Assembly (NCBI GenBank): GCA_017676125.1
Contig: GCA_017676125.1_4893.1
Reading direction: 5' to 3' (one strand)
From: a phage
DNA length: 52,493 bases
The number at the start of each line of letters is the position of its first letter. Position 1 is the first letter of the stretch. This document shows positions 50,823-52,493 of this stretch, piece after piece. The notes under the pieces are model-generated. The model saw only the letters and a program-made list of their open reading frames with translations, was not told the DNA's origin and did no database searches. Made by a program: the position numbers and the translations under genes.

Positions 50823-51325
50823 ACATCATAATCGAGGGGCCCGACAATGCTGGTAAATCTACACTTATTGAGTTCCTTAAATCTCGTACTGGCCGCAGCG
50901 TTATTCATAATACTGTTGATAAGGACCCCGAATCGGTCATGGCTAAACAGGCCAAAGAAAACGCGTTGGAAGGCAATTGCATTTATGACCGTAGCGCTGT
51001 TATATCTGAGTATATCTATTGCCTGGTTCTTCAACGTACGCCTGTCATCAATATTAATGTATCACATGTAGCAGATATGTGTGACAACGCCATCGTTATC
51101 TTTTGTATGCCGCCTGTTGAAAAGGTACTGGCAACTACTAAAGACGAAATGCCTGGTGTTGTGGAAAATCTTGAGGCGTTATATAATCAGTATGACAACC
51201 TCATTGACGAGCTGGTTATGATGAGTAAGCAGTTCTTCATTTACGACTGGACTGTTGAAGAAGACGGTCCTGAAGCAGCTCTCGAATATATCAATGAACG
51301 TATTAATAAGGAGTGGAATAAATGA
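50819..51325 (+). CDS. P-loop deoxynucleoside monophosphate kinase (thymidylate kinase-like)
   Basis: 168 aa; N-terminal IIIEGPDNAGKSTL P-loop typical of dTMP/dNMP kinases; clustered with DHFR-like gene. Confidence 0.6.
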   Translation: MNIIIEGPDNAGKSTLIEFLKSRTGRSVIHNTVDKDPESVMAKQAKENALEGNCIYDRSAVISEYIYCLVLQRTPVININVSHVADMCDNAIVIFCMPPVEKVLATTKDEMPGVVENLEALYNQYDNLIDELVMMSKQFFIYDWTVEEDGPEAALEYINERINKEWNK

Positions 51326-52014
51326 GCCCAGTATACAATACCTCAATCACGCTGTCAGCAACCGTAGGGGACGTCAACAAGACTGTTACTGTGGGTTCAA
51401 CTAACCCGAACCTGTCAGGCGAAGACCTGCTGCGCCTGGCCAAACGTGCTCTTGAAGATAACGAAGTGACTGGTACTGAAGGCGTCAGCATCGAAATTAA
51501 CGTCGAAGGATGTCCGCACAGCATCAGTATTGCGACCTCTGACAATGAAACTGAAAAGTTCAACGATGAGATGGAATATCGTACTGGTAAGATGTTCAGC
51601 AGTGCGCTAAACTGGTACTTGTGCAAGGCCTCTGGTTATACTGGTGCTCCTATGTCAGACCGCATGTTAGCTGATATGTCAGCACGTGAAATAGCTAAAG
51701 GCTGGGCGCATGTACAGATGCTGCAGGAGCATATCTGCAAGCTGGAAAGCTGCAATAAAGACGCGTCTGAGCTTATTACTGCCTATAAGCGACAGATTAA
51801 CGACCTGCAGCAACTGATGGGCAAACGTGCTGAAGAGTACGAGGCTGAGATTCGTAGCCTTAACGGTACAGCTGTTGCTAATAACCGTGCTTTCAGCGAA
51901 GAGCGTAAAGCGCTTATTGCCCAGCGTGACGCTGAAAAACGTCGTGCAGACGACCTGGCAGACCGTCTTAACTTTATCCGTAAGCATATGGATGCTATGG
52001 AAGGGGTAATCTGA
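51322..52014 (+). CDS. hypothetical protein
   Basis: 230 aa ORF, coupled start; C-terminal coiled-coil-like region. Confidence 0.5.
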   Translation: MSPVYNTSITLSATVGDVNKTVTVGSTNPNLSGEDLLRLAKRALEDNEVTGTEGVSIEINVEGCPHSISIATSDNETEKFNDEMEYRTGKMFSSALNWYLCKASGYTGAPMSDRMLADMSAREIAKGWAHVQMLQEHICKLESCNKDASELITAYKRQINDLQQLMGKRAEEYEAEIRSLNGTAVANNRAFSEERKALIAQRDAEKRRADDLADRLNFIRKHMDAMEGVI

Positions 52015-52304
52015 TGGACCTGTTCGATATGGTCGAACATCCTGAAGTAAACGGCTTGGCGGAAGCTAAGCCTTTTAGCTGGGATGAATTCGTAGCAGGC
52101 AAACCTGCTGTAACCCACAACGGGCAGATTGCATATTACGGAGGCCATAGCGAACATCCTATGTGCACTCACCTGTACAACGCTATCACAACCATATCCG
52201 ACGAAAACGTTATTAAGTACGGAAAAGAGGTAATGCCTTTTCTTGTAGATGAACGCGGTTACTTCGAAGGTAAATGGTTCCCGTTTCTGGTAGAAATGGC
52301 CTAA
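52014..52304 (+). CDS. hypothetical protein
   Basis: 96 aa ORF with overlapping start/stop (ATGA). Confidence 0.5.
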   Translation: MDLFDMVEHPEVNGLAEAKPFSWDEFVAGKPAVTHNGQIAYYGGHSEHPMCTHLYNAITTISDENVIKYGKEVMPFLVDERGYFEGKWFPFLVEMA

Positions 52305-52420
52305 AAACCGGATAAATATAAAGGCGTCTAAGCTAGTTCTTCATCTATATAAGCTACTTATTCGCCTTTCTACTGTAGACTTTCTCATCATCTCTCTAGA
52401 CACTCCATTTTTATATTCTG

Positions 52421-52449
52421 TTTACTTACTTCGCGTAACTCGTTATAAT
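52421..52449 (+). promoter_or_regulatory. sigma70-like promoter TTTACT-N17-TATAAT near window end
   Basis: -35 TTTACT 52421-52426, -10 TATAAT 52444-52449; followed by GAGGA RBS and ATG at 52483 (ORF truncated by window). Confidence 0.5.
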
Positions 52450-52493
52450 CCCGACTATCCGGATTAACGAGGACGATACCCATGGCAAAACCT

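Noticed and set aside
1-52493. Prophage/temperate features (integrase, repressor, attachment site, transposase)
   Set aside because: No tyrosine/serine recombinase or transposase motifs were recognised in any ORF of this window; they could still lie outside it.

Overview
This window reads as a near-contiguous piece of a tailed dsDNA bacteriophage genome with a contractile (Mu/P2-like) tail; no database search was possible, so all calls rest on motifs, gene order and sequence features visible in the window. Positions 1-26.3 kb (plus strand) hold a late morphogenesis block: terminase, portal, scaffold, major capsid, head-tail joining proteins, a 985-aa aromatic-rich virion protein, two Ig-like (BIG2) repeat proteins, a sheath/tube/chaperone/tape-measure set with a programmed -1 frameshift, a Mu-like baseplate, tail fiber with two paralogous chaperones, and a lysis cassette (holin, P1 Lyz-like SAR endolysin, overlapping spanins). 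Positions 26.3-48.8 kb are mostly minus-strand early/middle genes: TraR/DksA zinc finger, family A DNA polymerase, thymidylate synthase, MazG-like hydrolase, a histone H1-like Lys/Ala-rich protein, SF2 helicase, Cas4/RecB-like Fe-S nuclease, dCMP deaminase, SSB-like and Sak4-like proteins, plus a plus-strand island encoding a primase-polymerase/helicase fusion and an Hjc-like resolvase, and a run of small acidic proteins. Positions 49.7-52.3 kb (plus) encode an HExxH protein, a DHFR-like protein and a P-loop dNMP kinase. Intergenic regions carry a recurring near-consensus sigma70-type promoter (TTTAC[T/A/C]-N17/18-TATAAT) and several intrinsic terminators. The most interesting unexplained regions are a ~670 bp structured non-coding stretch (31.7-32.35 kb) with a perfect DnaA box and a tRNA T-arm-like motif, an AT-rich iteron region after the primase gene (candidate origin), an 830 bp divergent control region with two ~75 bp direct repeats, and the island of small acidic early proteins (candidate anti-defence genes). 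No rRNA, CRISPR array, integrase or transposase was seen; no intact tRNA could be folded by eye.
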